Origin: an uncultured SAR86 cluster bacterium
Lineage (GTDB): Bacteria > Pseudomonadota > Gammaproteobacteria > Magnimaribacterales > Magnimaribacteraceae
Direction of reading: 5' to 3'
Length of the DNA: 64,000 nt
Assembly (NCBI GenBank): GCA_902514295.1
Contig: CABXQE010000002.1
Span: forward strand, 9,938-73,937
Positions 55,580 through 64,000 of this stretch are shown piece after piece. Position 1 is the first letter of the stretch, and each line of letters starts with the position of its first letter. The notes beneath the pieces were generated by a model. It did no database searches, was not told where the DNA came from, and saw only the letters and a program-made list of their open reading frames with translations. The position numbers and the translations under genes were made by a program.

Positions 55580-56428
55580 ATGAATAACAGTTTGTGGAAA
55601 GATGCTTTTAATAGATTAATTTCTAATAAATTATCTTTATTCGGTTCTATCTACATCTTATTCATTATTGTTTTAGCTCTTATCACTCCTTTAATTGCTC
55701 CTTATGATTACGCTTATCAAGATCTCGATCTTGGACCTTCTGGACCTTCAGCCTTACATTGGTTGGGGACTGATACTTTAGGTAGAGATTTATTAACCAG
55801 AATGATGTACGGAAGTAGAGTGTCGTTGATGGTTGGATTCTTGGCTACCATGGTTGCTTTATCTATTGGAGTTATATGGGGAACGGTTGCTGGATTTTCT
55901 GGAGGTAAAGTAGATACCATCATGATGAGAATAGTTGATGTTCTTTACGGAATTCCTTTTATTATTTTTGTTATTCTTTTAATGGTTATATTTGGCAGGA
56001 ATTTAATCTTATTATTTATGGCAATAGGTGCAGTGGAATGGTTGACCATGGCTCGAATAGTGAGAAGCCAGGTCATGTCCTTAAGTAAGCAAGAGTTTAT
56101 ATTAGCTGCAGAAGCTATGGGAGTAAGTAGAGTAGGAATTATTTATAAGCACCTAATTCCTAATGCGATTGGTCCGGTTATTGTTTACGCTACTTTAACC
56201 GTTCCTCAGATAATGCTTTTAGAAGCATTTTTAAGCTTTCTAGGCCTTGGTGTTCAAGCTCCCTTAAGCTCTTGGGGATTATTGATCCGCGATGGCGCAG
56301 TGTCTATGGAAGAGTATTGGTGGTTATTAATATTTCCTTCCTTAGCTTTCTCTTTAACTTTATTCTCTTTGAACTTCATAGGGGACGGTTTAAGGGATGC
56401 ATTAGATCCAAGAACTTCAGACTCGTAA
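55580..56428 (+). CDS. ABC peptide transporter permease (OppC/DppC type)
   Basis: HWLGTDTLGRDLLTR N-terminal motif, EAA-like loop FILAAEAMGVS. Confidence 0.9.
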   Translation: MNNSLWKDAFNRLISNKLSLFGSIYILFIIVLALITPLIAPYDYAYQDLDLGPSGPSALHWLGTDTLGRDLLTRMMYGSRVSLMVGFLATMVALSIGVIWGTVAGFSGGKVDTIMMRIVDVLYGIPFIIFVILLMVIFGRNLILLFMAIGAVEWLTMARIVRSQVMSLSKQEFILAAEAMGVSRVGIIYKHLIPNAIGPVIVYATLTVPQIMLLEAFLSFLGLGVQAPLSSWGLLIRDGAVSMEEYWWLLIFPSLAFSLTLFSLNFIGDGLRDALDPRTSDS

Positions 56429-56433
56429 GAACT

Positions 56434-57915
56434 TTACAAGAAAAGTTTTAAAACCTGACCAGGAAAAATCTTTGACGGATCTTTAATCTCATTCCATTCT
56501 TGAATTTGGGATGAACTGATATCAAATTTAGAAGCTATTCTACTTACAGTATCTCCTGATTTAACAGGGTAAAGCATGGTTCTTAATTGCTTAGACGGAA
56601 TATCCTGTCTAATTCTTTCATAACGAGAGAATATCTTTATTGCTTGATTAATCTGTAAAGGCTTTTCAATCTTTAGTTCGTTCCATAAGGCTATGTCTTC
56701 AATAGAAACTTTAAATTTTTTCGAAATATTCCATAAAGAGTCTCCTTTGGCAACCTTATAAGTTCTTTCTCTAGGGCTTTGTTTGTTAGCCCAAGCAGAA
56801 CCTCTAGGAACCATGATTTCTTTTCCCGCGACAATTAAATCAGATGACATACTGTTAATTTCCTTGAGAACCGACACCTCTATCTTGTACCTGGAAGCTA
56901 TTCTAGAAAGGTTATCTCCTCTTCTAATTTTGTATCTATCCCACCTAACCAGATCATTTTGATCTAAAGAATCCAGCTGAGTAATAAATCTATCTGATAC
57001 TCCGATAGGCAAAAGCAAGTAATGAGGCCCACTTGGATCGGTCGCCCATTGATTAAAACCAGGGTTAAGTTCGTATATAGTTTCAGGTTTTAGACCTGCT
57101 AAATCAGCTGCCTGCATTAAGTCCAATTGCCCGGGAATCTTAACCTTTTGGAAATAGGCCCTATTGGCAATAGAAGGAAGATGAACATCAAATGAGTCTG
57201 GATCTCTAATTAGTTCACATAACACTAGAAGTTTAGGAACATAAGCTGTGGTTTCTTTGGGCAGATTTAAATCCCAAAATCTAGTCGGTTTGCCAGCATT
57301 CTTGTTTTTTCTAATAGCTCTATTTACCCTAGTAGGACCTGCGTTGTAGGCAGCCATTGCCAACAACCAATCACCTTCAAATTTCTCATTTAAATAGGTT
57401 AAGAATTTAAGAGCAGCTTCGGTAGAGGCCATTACGTCTTTTTTGCCGTCATACCACCAATTGGACTTTAATCCCCATTCTTTACCTGTTGAAGGTAAGA
57501 ATTGCCATATTCCTGTAGCTCCATCAACTGATTTAGCGTAAGGATTAAATTCGCTTTCAACAAAAGGCAATAAAGCTAATTCAACGGGTAGATTTAATTC
57601 TTGAGCTCTACTTAAAGTATGGAATAGATATCTCTGGCCTGATTTACTGATTCTGTTGACTGCCGTTTGATTACTATAAAGTCTTTCTCTATAAACGCTT
57701 GTGGCTGCAATCTGATCTTCAGGAATGGTTAAAGTAAGATCTGTTCTAATTCTTTCCCAAATATCATAAGGTGCCTCTTCAATCGCTGCTTCAATTATTT
57801 TAGGACTATCTGCAGTAATAACTTTCGAATCAAGTTGAATCACTTCTTTACTTATAGCCGTACTGGAACAACTACAAAGAATAGCTAGAGATAAAGCTAT
57901 CGAATATTTATTCAT
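56434..57915 (-). CDS. mltD: membrane-bound lytic murein transglycosylase D with LysM repeats
   Basis: Lipobox LAILCSCS, SLT catalytic region VESEFNPYAKSVDGATGIWQF, three C-terminal LysM-like repeats, position next to gloB. Confidence 0.88.
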   Translation of the reverse strand: MNKYSIALSLAILCSCSSTAISKEVIQLDSKVITADSPKIIEAAIEEAPYDIWERIRTDLTLTIPEDQIAATSVYRERLYSNQTAVNRISKSGQRYLFHTLSRAQELNLPVELALLPFVESEFNPYAKSVDGATGIWQFLPSTGKEWGLKSNWWYDGKKDVMASTEAALKFLTYLNEKFEGDWLLAMAAYNAGPTRVNRAIRKNKNAGKPTRFWDLNLPKETTAYVPKLLVLCELIRDPDSFDVHLPSIANRAYFQKVKIPGQLDLMQAADLAGLKPETIYELNPGFNQWATDPSGPHYLLLPIGVSDRFITQLDSLDQNDLVRWDRYKIRRGDNLSRIASRYKIEVSVLKEINSMSSDLIVAGKEIMVPRGSAWANKQSPRERTYKVAKGDSLWNISKKFKVSIEDIALWNELKIEKPLQINQAIKIFSRYERIRQDIPSKQLRTMLYPVKSGDTVSRIASKFDISSSQIQEWNEIKDPSKIFPGQVLKLFL

Positions 57916-58689
57916 CTAAAAGTTATCTTTCCAATCTCTTATAGCACCTAATACTTCATGGGCCTCTTTAAGTTCACTGCCTGAGTAATTGGCAGCGGCA
58001 TCTATAACAGTTTTCTCTTCACATCTCATGAAAGGATTTATTTTTAACTCCGAACCAATATCTGAAGGCAAGGTTTCTTTATCTAATGCCCTAAGTTTAT
58101 CTACCGCCTCTATTTTATCTTTGATAAATTGATTGCCAGGCTCTACGGTAATAGCGAAGGCAAGATTTGACTGAGTATATTCATGACCACAATAAACCTT
58201 AGTATTCTCAGGAAGAATAGAGAACCTTGAAATTGACTCGTGCATTTGCAATGGAGTGCCTTCAAATATTCTGCCGCAACCCGCCGAGAACAGAGTATCT
58301 CCACAAAATAGGATAGGTTCGGAACAAGCTTCTTCCGAATAATAGGCCAATTGATCAAGAGTATGGCCAGGAGTCGAAAGAGCAATAAATTTCTTTCCCA
58401 AGAGTTCAAATTCTTCATTATCACTTAAAGGGGAGCTGATACCTTGAATATGTCCTCCTCCAGGACCGTAAACATCACAGTTAAAATGATCTTTGAGTTC
58501 TTGAATGCCCCCACTATGATCAAAATGGTGGTGGGTAATGATTATGCTCTTAAGATCAAGTTTTAGTTTATTAAAAGTTTCCAGTACAGGTTTAGGATCT
58601 CCAGGATCAACAACAATAGCTTGTTCTCCTTCAACTAAAGTCCAAATATAGTTGTCCGAAAATGCTCTAATTGGAAATATTTCTAACAT
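57916..58689 (-). CDS. gloB: hydroxyacylglutathione hydrolase (glyoxalase II)
   Basis: Metallo-beta-lactamase motif THHHFDHSGG; 257 aa. Confidence 0.92.
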   Translation of the reverse strand: MLEIFPIRAFSDNYIWTLVEGEQAIVVDPGDPKPVLETFNKLKLDLKSIIITHHHFDHSGGIQELKDHFNCDVYGPGGGHIQGISSPLSDNEEFELLGKKFIALSTPGHTLDQLAYYSEEACSEPILFCGDTLFSAGCGRIFEGTPLQMHESISRFSILPENTKVYCGHEYTQSNLAFAITVEPGNQFIKDKIEAVDKLRALDKETLPSDIGSELKINPFMRCEEKTVIDAAANYSGSELKEAHEVLGAIRDWKDNF

Positions 58690-58762
58690 AATTTGATGTT
58701 GATTTTACACTTACTATGAAAGAATAGTTAGTCTATCTGTAATACAATTGAATTATATTTGT

Positions 58763-59194
58763 ATGGATGAAATTGAGATATTTACTGACGGCGCTTGTCG
58801 AGGAAATCCTGGTTTAGGAGGATGGGGTGCCTTGATAAGAAGAAATGGCGAAGAAAGTTCTCTCTGGGGAGGGGAAAGAGAAACAACTAACAATAGAATG
58901 GAGATGGAAGCAGCAATTAGAGGTCTAGAATCAATTATTGAAAGTTCAACTATTACTATAACTACAGATTCAAATTACTTAAAAGATGGCATTACGCAAT
59001 GGTTGGAAGGGTGGAAGAAGAAAGGCTGGAAAACAGCTGCAAAGAAACCTGTTAAGAATCAAGATTTATGGATGCGTTTGGATGAACTTTCTCAGTTCCA
59101 TAATGTAAATTGGAAGTGGGTTAAGGGACACAGTGGACATAGAGAGAATGAAATTGCTGACTTGTTAGCAAATAAAGGAATAGATGAGTTATAG
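58763..59194 (+). CDS. rnhA: ribonuclease HI
   Basis: IFTDGACRGNPGLGGWG, TNNRMEMEA, WVKGHSGHRENEIADLLA. I preferred the ATG at 58763 over the track's start at 58748. Confidence 0.93.
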   Translation: MDEIEIFTDGACRGNPGLGGWGALIRRNGEESSLWGGERETTNNRMEMEAAIRGLESIIESSTITITTDSNYLKDGITQWLEGWKKKGWKTAAKKPVKNQDLWMRLDELSQFHNVNWKWVKGHSGHRENEIADLLANKGIDEL

Positions 59195-59911
59195 ATGAAT
59201 AGACAGATCATTTTAGACACAGAAACAACAGGACTTGATTTTAAGATCGGTCACAGAATCATTGAGATAGGTTGTGTGGAGATTATTAATAGGAAGTTTA
59301 CTGGTAACGAATATCATACATACATTAACCCCGACAGGGAAAGCGACGAAGGAGCTTTGAGAGTCCATGGTCTTACTACAGAGTTTTTATCAGACAAACC
59401 AAGATTTTCAGAAATTTATGAAGATTTCATTAGTTTTATAAAAGACTCTGAATTACTCATACATAATGCGGAATTTGATATTGGTTTTTTAGACAATGAA
59501 ATAAAGTTGGTTTCTAAGAACTTAAACCCGGTCGAAAAAGAAGTTGTTAAAATCACTGATACCCTTCAGATAGCTAGAGAGAAACATCCCGGTCAAAGAA
59601 ATAGCCTAGATGCGTTAGTTAACCGATATGAAATTAATGGATATGACCGAGAGCTTCACGGCGCTTTACTTGATTCAAAAATATTAGGGGATGTATATCT
59701 GTCGATGACTGGAGGTCAAAGCGCTTTAGATTTCACTGCGAACGATAGTCAAAAGACAAATGTAGAAGAAGTTAAAGAGAACACTTCGTCTAGGAAGAAA
59801 TTGAAAGTCGTAAAAGTATCGGCTAAAGATAAGGCTAGAAATTTAGAGTATTTGGCTAAAATGAAAGAAGAGACAGATGTAGAACCCATTTGGAATCAAG
59901 AACATGAATGA
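59195..59911 (+). CDS. dnaQ: DNA polymerase III epsilon subunit (3'-5' exonuclease)
   Basis: ExoI ILDTETTGL, ExoII LIHNAEFDIGFL, ExoIII HGALLDSKILGDVY. Confidence 0.93.
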   Translation: MNRQIILDTETTGLDFKIGHRIIEIGCVEIINRKFTGNEYHTYINPDRESDEGALRVHGLTTEFLSDKPRFSEIYEDFISFIKDSELLIHNAEFDIGFLDNEIKLVSKNLNPVEKEVVKITDTLQIAREKHPGQRNSLDALVNRYEINGYDRELHGALLDSKILGDVYLSMTGGQSALDFTANDSQKTNVEEVKENTSSRKKLKVVKVSAKDKARNLEYLAKMKEETDVEPIWNQEHE

Positions 59912-61283
59912 TTCATTAGTGCGAACTAGATTTGCACCTAGTCCAACGGGTCTATTGCATATTGGAGGTGCAAGAACCGCTTTATTTGCTTGGCTTTACG
60001 CAAAAACAAATTCTGGATCTTGCCTTCTGAGAATTGAAGACACAGATAAGGAGAGATCAAAACAGGAATTTACTGACGAAATTATCAATAGTTTTAATTG
60101 GATGGGGGTTAATTTTGATGAGGATGTTGTTTATCAATCTAAAAACCATGATCGTCATTTATCAGTAGCTAAAGAGCTTTTAAAGAGCGGAAAAGCTTAC
60201 GTATGCGATTGTTCTAAAGAAAGGTTAGACCGGCTAAGAAAAGAACAGCAAGAACAAGGCCTTAATCCAAAGTATGACGGTAAATGCAGAGACCTCTCTT
60301 TAAGTGAATCCGATAATACCGTTATTAGATTTAAGAATCCTGAGAATGGTAGTGTTATCTTTCAAGACCTAATAAAAGGTGAAATAGAGTTTCGTAACGA
60401 AGAAATGGATGATTTCATCATTGTTAGAAGCGACGGCGCACCAACCTATAATCTGTGCGTGGTGGTGGATGATTTAGACATGCAAATCTCCCATGTTATT
60501 AGAGGGGATGATCATATAAATAACACCCCCAAACAAATCAATGTCTTTAAAGCGCTTAAAGTTGAATCACCCACTTATGGCCATGTTCCTATGATCCTTG
60601 GAGAAGACGGGAAAAGAATGTCTAAAAGGCATGGAGCTGTAGGTGTTTCTGAATACCGTGATATGGGCATTCTTCCTCAAGCTTTCATGAACTACCTAGC
60701 AAGATTGGGCTGGTCCTTAGGAGATCAAGAAATTTTTACATCTGATGAATTGGTAAATAATTTTAGTAGTGGGAATTTAAATACTGCTCCAGCATCATTT
60801 TCTTTGGATAAACTAACTTGGTACAACAAGGAATACCTTAACGCGATGGAATTTAATGATTTAGTGGATTTAATCCCATCTGAGCATATAAAGAATGATC
60901 AATATTCAAAAAATGTAATTGAGCTTATTAGGGATAGGTGCAATTCTTTAAATGATTTTTCTACTGAATCACAGTATTTCTATAACAAGCCAGAAGTCTT
61001 CAGAGAAGAGGATAAAAACAAAGCTATTAAAGAGAATACTTTAAATTTATTAAGCTCTCTAAGTGAACGTTTAAGCGATCTAGCAGAATGGAAAAGTGAT
61101 TCGATCCAAGAAGAAATTAAAGTTTTTGTTGAAGAGCAGGAAATAGGTTTTGCAAAAATAGGAATTCCTTTAAGACTAAGCCTAACAGGGTCCTTGAATT
61201 CTCCATCAATTGATAAAGTTTGCGAATTACTTGGGAAAGAAGAGGTTATAGAGCGGATAGACTTTGCTCTTAAAAGTTTTTAA
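59904..61283 (+). CDS. gltX: glutamate--tRNA ligase
   Basis: RFAPSPTGLLHIGGART (HIGH) and KMSKR motifs; 459 aa. Confidence 0.95.
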   Translation: MNDSLVRTRFAPSPTGLLHIGGARTALFAWLYAKTNSGSCLLRIEDTDKERSKQEFTDEIINSFNWMGVNFDEDVVYQSKNHDRHLSVAKELLKSGKAYVCDCSKERLDRLRKEQQEQGLNPKYDGKCRDLSLSESDNTVIRFKNPENGSVIFQDLIKGEIEFRNEEMDDFIIVRSDGAPTYNLCVVVDDLDMQISHVIRGDDHINNTPKQINVFKALKVESPTYGHVPMILGEDGKRMSKRHGAVGVSEYRDMGILPQAFMNYLARLGWSLGDQEIFTSDELVNNFSSGNLNTAPASFSLDKLTWYNKEYLNAMEFNDLVDLIPSEHIKNDQYSKNVIELIRDRCNSLNDFSTESQYFYNKPEVFREEDKNKAIKENTLNLLSSLSERLSDLAEWKSDSIQEEIKVFVEEQEIGFAKIGIPLRLSLTGSLNSPSIDKVCELLGKEEVIERIDFALKSF

Positions 61284-62246
61284 TTAAAGGTTCGCAAGAA
61301 ACTCGTCAACTTTTTTCCAGGCTTGTTTCCTGATTAAATCAGATTCCATAAAAATTTCATGTCTACTATCAATATTCTCAATATGGGTATTTTTAAATCT
61401 ATTTAAAATTTGAACATTCCCAGAAGGAGACACCAATCTATCCTGGGTAGCATTTAACAGTAAAATTGGTCGTTCAACATCAACTCCCCAATTTTCTTCT
61501 TTGAATTTATTAGTTCTTTTAACGGCTTCATAAATCCAACCTAGACTTAATCCTTTTACTCCTAACGCAGGCTCTTTACAAATCAAGCGATAAACTCTAT
61601 CAAATCTATATTGGTCGCTGGTTAAGAAATTATCTTGGAACTCTTCTTCTAGCCATCCTTTCTCTTCATCCCAATTTGGTTTATCGATAGCAAAATCCTT
61701 AAAACCTATAGAAGAGATTGATCCAAGGGCGTTAACAATAATTCTTAAAGAGAACCTACTTTGTATTGAAAGCATCGGGGCACAAAGAATCAACCCTTCG
61801 TAGTCCTTCTCGTTTTCAACAAAATTGCTAGCCATCAAGCATCCGCCCATTGAGTGTCCAAAACCTATCCAGGGCTTAGGGCAGAGCGCCTCATAGAGCT
61901 CAAGAGTTTTTATCAGGTCTTTATCGTATTCTTCAAAATCATCAATATGGCCCAGCCTTACGTTCTTAGAGGTTCTTTCTGAAAGACCTTGACCTCTCCA
62001 ATCCATCGCGGCAACGCAATAACCTCTTGAGATAAACCCTTCTATCACTTCATAATATTTCTCAATGAATTCGGTCCTACCAGATTGTAAGATGATGGTT
62101 CCTTTATCAGAATTTATGTTCCATACAGCTACCCTTAACTTCTTGTTATCAAAACCTGTAATAAAAAAACCTTTTGCTCCTTCAGGGCATTTAAAGTCTT
62201 CCAATTCAATTAAAGGAGCTTCTTCGTATTTGTTTATGCTATCCAC
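61284..62246 (-). CDS. alpha/beta hydrolase (lysophospholipase / monoacylglycerol-lipase-like)
   Basis: GHSMGG nucleophile elbow; 320 aa. Confidence 0.8.
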   Translation of the reverse strand: MDSINKYEEAPLIELEDFKCPEGAKGFFITGFDNKKLRVAVWNINSDKGTIILQSGRTEFIEKYYEVIEGFISRGYCVAAMDWRGQGLSERTSKNVRLGHIDDFEEYDKDLIKTLELYEALCPKPWIGFGHSMGGCLMASNFVENEKDYEGLILCAPMLSIQSRFSLRIIVNALGSISSIGFKDFAIDKPNWDEEKGWLEEEFQDNFLTSDQYRFDRVYRLICKEPALGVKGLSLGWIYEAVKRTNKFKEENWGVDVERPILLLNATQDRLVSPSGNVQILNRFKNTHIENIDSRHEIFMESDLIRKQAWKKVDEFLANL

Positions 62247-62341
62247 AACTACATTTTAAACCTAATAAGACCTTTCCATTTTGTTTTTATGTTATTTACT
62301 ATTCGTTTAATCTACAAAGTGAACTAAAATCTAAATCTTAA

Positions 62342-62417
62342 GGGGCTATAGCTCAGCTGGGAGAGCGCTACCGTGGCACGGTAGAGGTCGGCGGTTCGAT
62401 CCCGCCTAGCTCCACCA
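62342..62417 (+). tRNA. tRNA-Ala (anticodon GGC)
   Basis: GGGGCTATAGCTCAGCTGGGAGAGCG... with the G3:U70 context, anticodon loop GTGGCAC and an encoded CCA. Close to E. coli tRNA-Ala(GGC). Confidence 0.95.
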
Positions 62418-62466
62418 TCATCAATAATTTTTGAATTAGCTGACAGGTTTGTTGTAGGATTTAGAT

Positions 62467-63531
62467 ATGAAAGATTTTTTTAGAAAACTACCTTCTTCTG
62501 GATGGGCAGGCGCAATTGGTTTAATCATCTTTCTCATAATTTTGAATGGCATTCTTATGGAATGGACTGCAGTTAAATTCCCTACTGAGTATCATCAAAC
62601 AGGTTGGCAATTTGTAGGAATGTTCATGATGATGGCCTTCATAATCCCTGCTTCCTTATTGGCTTCCTTATTGATAACTAGTCTCATAAGTCTTTGGAGG
62701 AAACAAAAGATCAAAGCCAAACTGTTTTTCTGGACTGCAGTTGTGACTGCGTTTGTATTGCTTCTTGGGTTGGTAGGTCCAATTTGGATTAAGAACATTG
62801 AACGTATAATTGAGGTGTACGTCTTACCCGAGAATCTAGAAGAACAAAGAGGCTGCGTAATAAGAGGAAGTCATACGATCGAAGAAAAAAATGGTTTGCA
62901 CTATGTTTCTTACAGTAGTGCTTGTCGCCAAGCAATAGGTGAACTTTTCACAGGAGTGCATCTACCAAAAACAACTAATGATGCAGGGTTAAGAATGTTT
63001 ATGGAGAAACATACCTATGAAGCTGGAGTGCTCTTAAAAAACGAAAGGTCAAGTTTTTGTGGAGACGTTATATCAGAAGGCTTGTTTGAATCAAAATGTG
63101 AAGACTATCATGTCAAAGGGATCATTAGGAACAATAAACTAGAAGACATTTGGTCAAGGTTTAATAAAAACGGGAGTATTAAAGAACGAATCATTTATAA
63201 GAATGGCCTGCGTCATGGTGTGCATGAAACTTTCTATGCCACTGGAGAATTGAATTGGGTAAGAAACTATAAAGATGGAAAATTGCATGGTCTTTGGGAG
63301 TCTTTCTTTAAAAATGGTAAGACTTATATTCTTTCAAACTGGAATAACGGAATAGAACTAAATCAAACAAGGTTTGCATATTATGACGATGGTCAATTGA
63401 AAGTAAGGCAAGACTTTAAAGGCGATAAACCAGAAGGTCTTTATGAGGAATTTGATGAAGAAGGACTATTAATGTACAAGGGAACTTATGAAGACGGAAA
63501 GATGGAAGGGTTATTTGAAACTTATGATTGA
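62467..63531 (+). CDS. membrane-anchored MORN-variant (YwqK-type) repeat protein
   Basis: Three to four N-terminal TM helices. The C-terminus has repeated Y-x-NG-x-x-x-G units (YKNGLRHGVHETFYATGEL, YKDGKLHGLWESFFKNGK, YEDGKMEGLFETY). Confidence 0.7.
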   Translation: MKDFFRKLPSSGWAGAIGLIIFLIILNGILMEWTAVKFPTEYHQTGWQFVGMFMMMAFIIPASLLASLLITSLISLWRKQKIKAKLFFWTAVVTAFVLLLGLVGPIWIKNIERIIEVYVLPENLEEQRGCVIRGSHTIEEKNGLHYVSYSSACRQAIGELFTGVHLPKTTNDAGLRMFMEKHTYEAGVLLKNERSSFCGDVISEGLFESKCEDYHVKGIIRNNKLEDIWSRFNKNGSIKERIIYKNGLRHGVHETFYATGELNWVRNYKDGKLHGLWESFFKNGKTYILSNWNNGIELNQTRFAYYDDGQLKVRQDFKGDKPEGLYEEFDEEGLLMYKGTYEDGKMEGLFETYD

Positions 63532-64000
63532 GATTAAAGAAGATTCAGTAATACTATCAACAGGTTCAAAAATTCAATATGATTTACCCTTTTTATGGTT
63601 AAGAGATAACTGTCAATGTGATCAATGCAGAATCTTAGAGACCCAAGAGAAGCAGTTTCTTTTACATTCAGTCCCAGTAGATATTTCTCCGAAGAGTGTT
63701 GAGATAAAAGAAGAAAGCCTTTTCGTTATATGGCCTGATGATCACGAATCCTTAATCCCATTAAGTAAAATAGAACAAAGTGGCAAAGCAAGATATCCAG
63801 AGCGCAAGGTATGGGCAAGTAAGTTTGTTCCTAAAAAGTACGATTGGTCTGAATTTTTAGACGATAGAGAAGTTGCCACTGAGGCACTAAAAACTTTTGT
63901 TACTTTTGGCGTGATTATTTTGAATAATGCTCCTGAAGAACCAAATTCTTTAGAACTTTTATCCAAAAGACTAGGCCCAATTCATGAAACATTATTTGAA
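63524..64000 (+). CDS. gamma-butyrobetaine dioxygenase / trimethyllysine dioxygenase family protein (N-terminal part; 3' end beyond the window)
   Basis: Hand translation from the ATG at 63524: MIEIKEDSVILSTGSKIQYDLPFLWLRDNCQCDQCRILETQEK...VIWPDDHES... The WLRDNCxCxxC zinc-ribbon (DUF971) N-domain and ITWPD-like segment match BBOX1-type enzymes from memory. Open to the window end. Confidence 0.75.
   Translation, partial: MIEIKEDSVILSTGSKIQYDLPFLWLRDNCQCDQCRILETQEKQFLLHSVPVDISPKSVEIKEESLFVIWPDDHESLIPLSKIEQSGKARYPERKVWASKFVPKKYDWSEFLDDREVATEALKTFVTFGVIILNNAPEEPNSLELLSKRLGPIHETLFE

Noticed and set aside
62467-63531. The MORN/YwqK-type protein as the antitoxin of a toxin-antitoxin pair. The family is often auto-annotated as YwqK antitoxin.
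   Set aside because: No nuclease or deaminase toxin gene (YwqJ-like or other) is adjacent. The protein is membrane-anchored and coupled to a dioxygenase gene instead.
1-64000. CRISPR arrays, insertion sequences, integrases, prophage genes, rRNA operons.
   Set aside because: I found no regularly spaced direct repeats and no transposase, integrase or phage-like translations in any listed ORF. No rRNA-like conserved stretches were seen. The only repeats seen are the short ones reported.

Overview
This is an AT-rich, very tightly packed bacterial chromosome segment. I count about 58 protein-coding genes and 5 single tRNA genes (Asp-GTC, Pro-TGG, Arg-TCT, His-GTG, Ala-GGC). I saw no rRNA, no CRISPR array, and no recognisable transposase, integrase or phage gene.

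Core gammaproteobacterial synteny blocks are clear: tRNA-His-tig-clpP-clpX-lon-hupB-ppiD, mltD-gloB-rnhA-dnaQ-gltX, plus gpsA, folD and fabI. Accessory metabolism sits between them:
- three 930-980 aa TonB-dependent receptors;
- two tandem secreted gamma-glutamyltransferases next to a beta-lactamase-fold hydrolase and a DASS/SLC13 transporter;
- a patatin-like lipase and an M48-LysM lipoprotein behind a LysR regulator;
- a glutamine-synthetase-like amide ligase;
- an OppABC-type peptide importer without ATPase genes;
- an S9 peptidase;
- a Rieske oxygenase and a gamma-butyrobetaine-dioxygenase-like gene.

Low GC, extreme compaction, many TonB receptors and heavy acyl-CoA/lipid catabolism fit a streamlined marine gammaproteobacterium such as SAR86. 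That is inference only; I ran no search.

The most interesting region is 21.6-31.5 kb. A translationally coupled operon encodes a FabY-class ketoacyl synthase, a FadE2/ACAD10-11-type acyl-CoA dehydrogenase, an APH-fold kinase and a small helical protein. It is flanked by two long SDR paralogs, an acyl-CoA synthetase, an NAD(P)-binding protein and a Baeyer-Villiger monooxygenase. The kinase, small-protein, ACAD, SDR and CoA-ligase content matches the lvaABCDE logic of Pseudomonas putida (4-oxo/4-hydroxy-acid catabolism through a 4-phosphoacyl-CoA intermediate). The condensing enzyme and the BVMO are additions I do not know from any described pathway.

Other points of note:
- eight of nine convergent gene junctions have overlapping or nearly abutting stop codons (5 nt of spacer or less);
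- tRNA genes abut downstream start codons (6 nt before dadA, 11 nt before tig);
- a two-gene cassette between tRNA-Arg and tRNA-His is bracketed by a 10-nt direct repeat;
- a Fur-box-like palindrome lies between an iron-binding-protein gene and the Rieske oxygenase.

All family calls rest on motif recognition by eye. No database searches were run.
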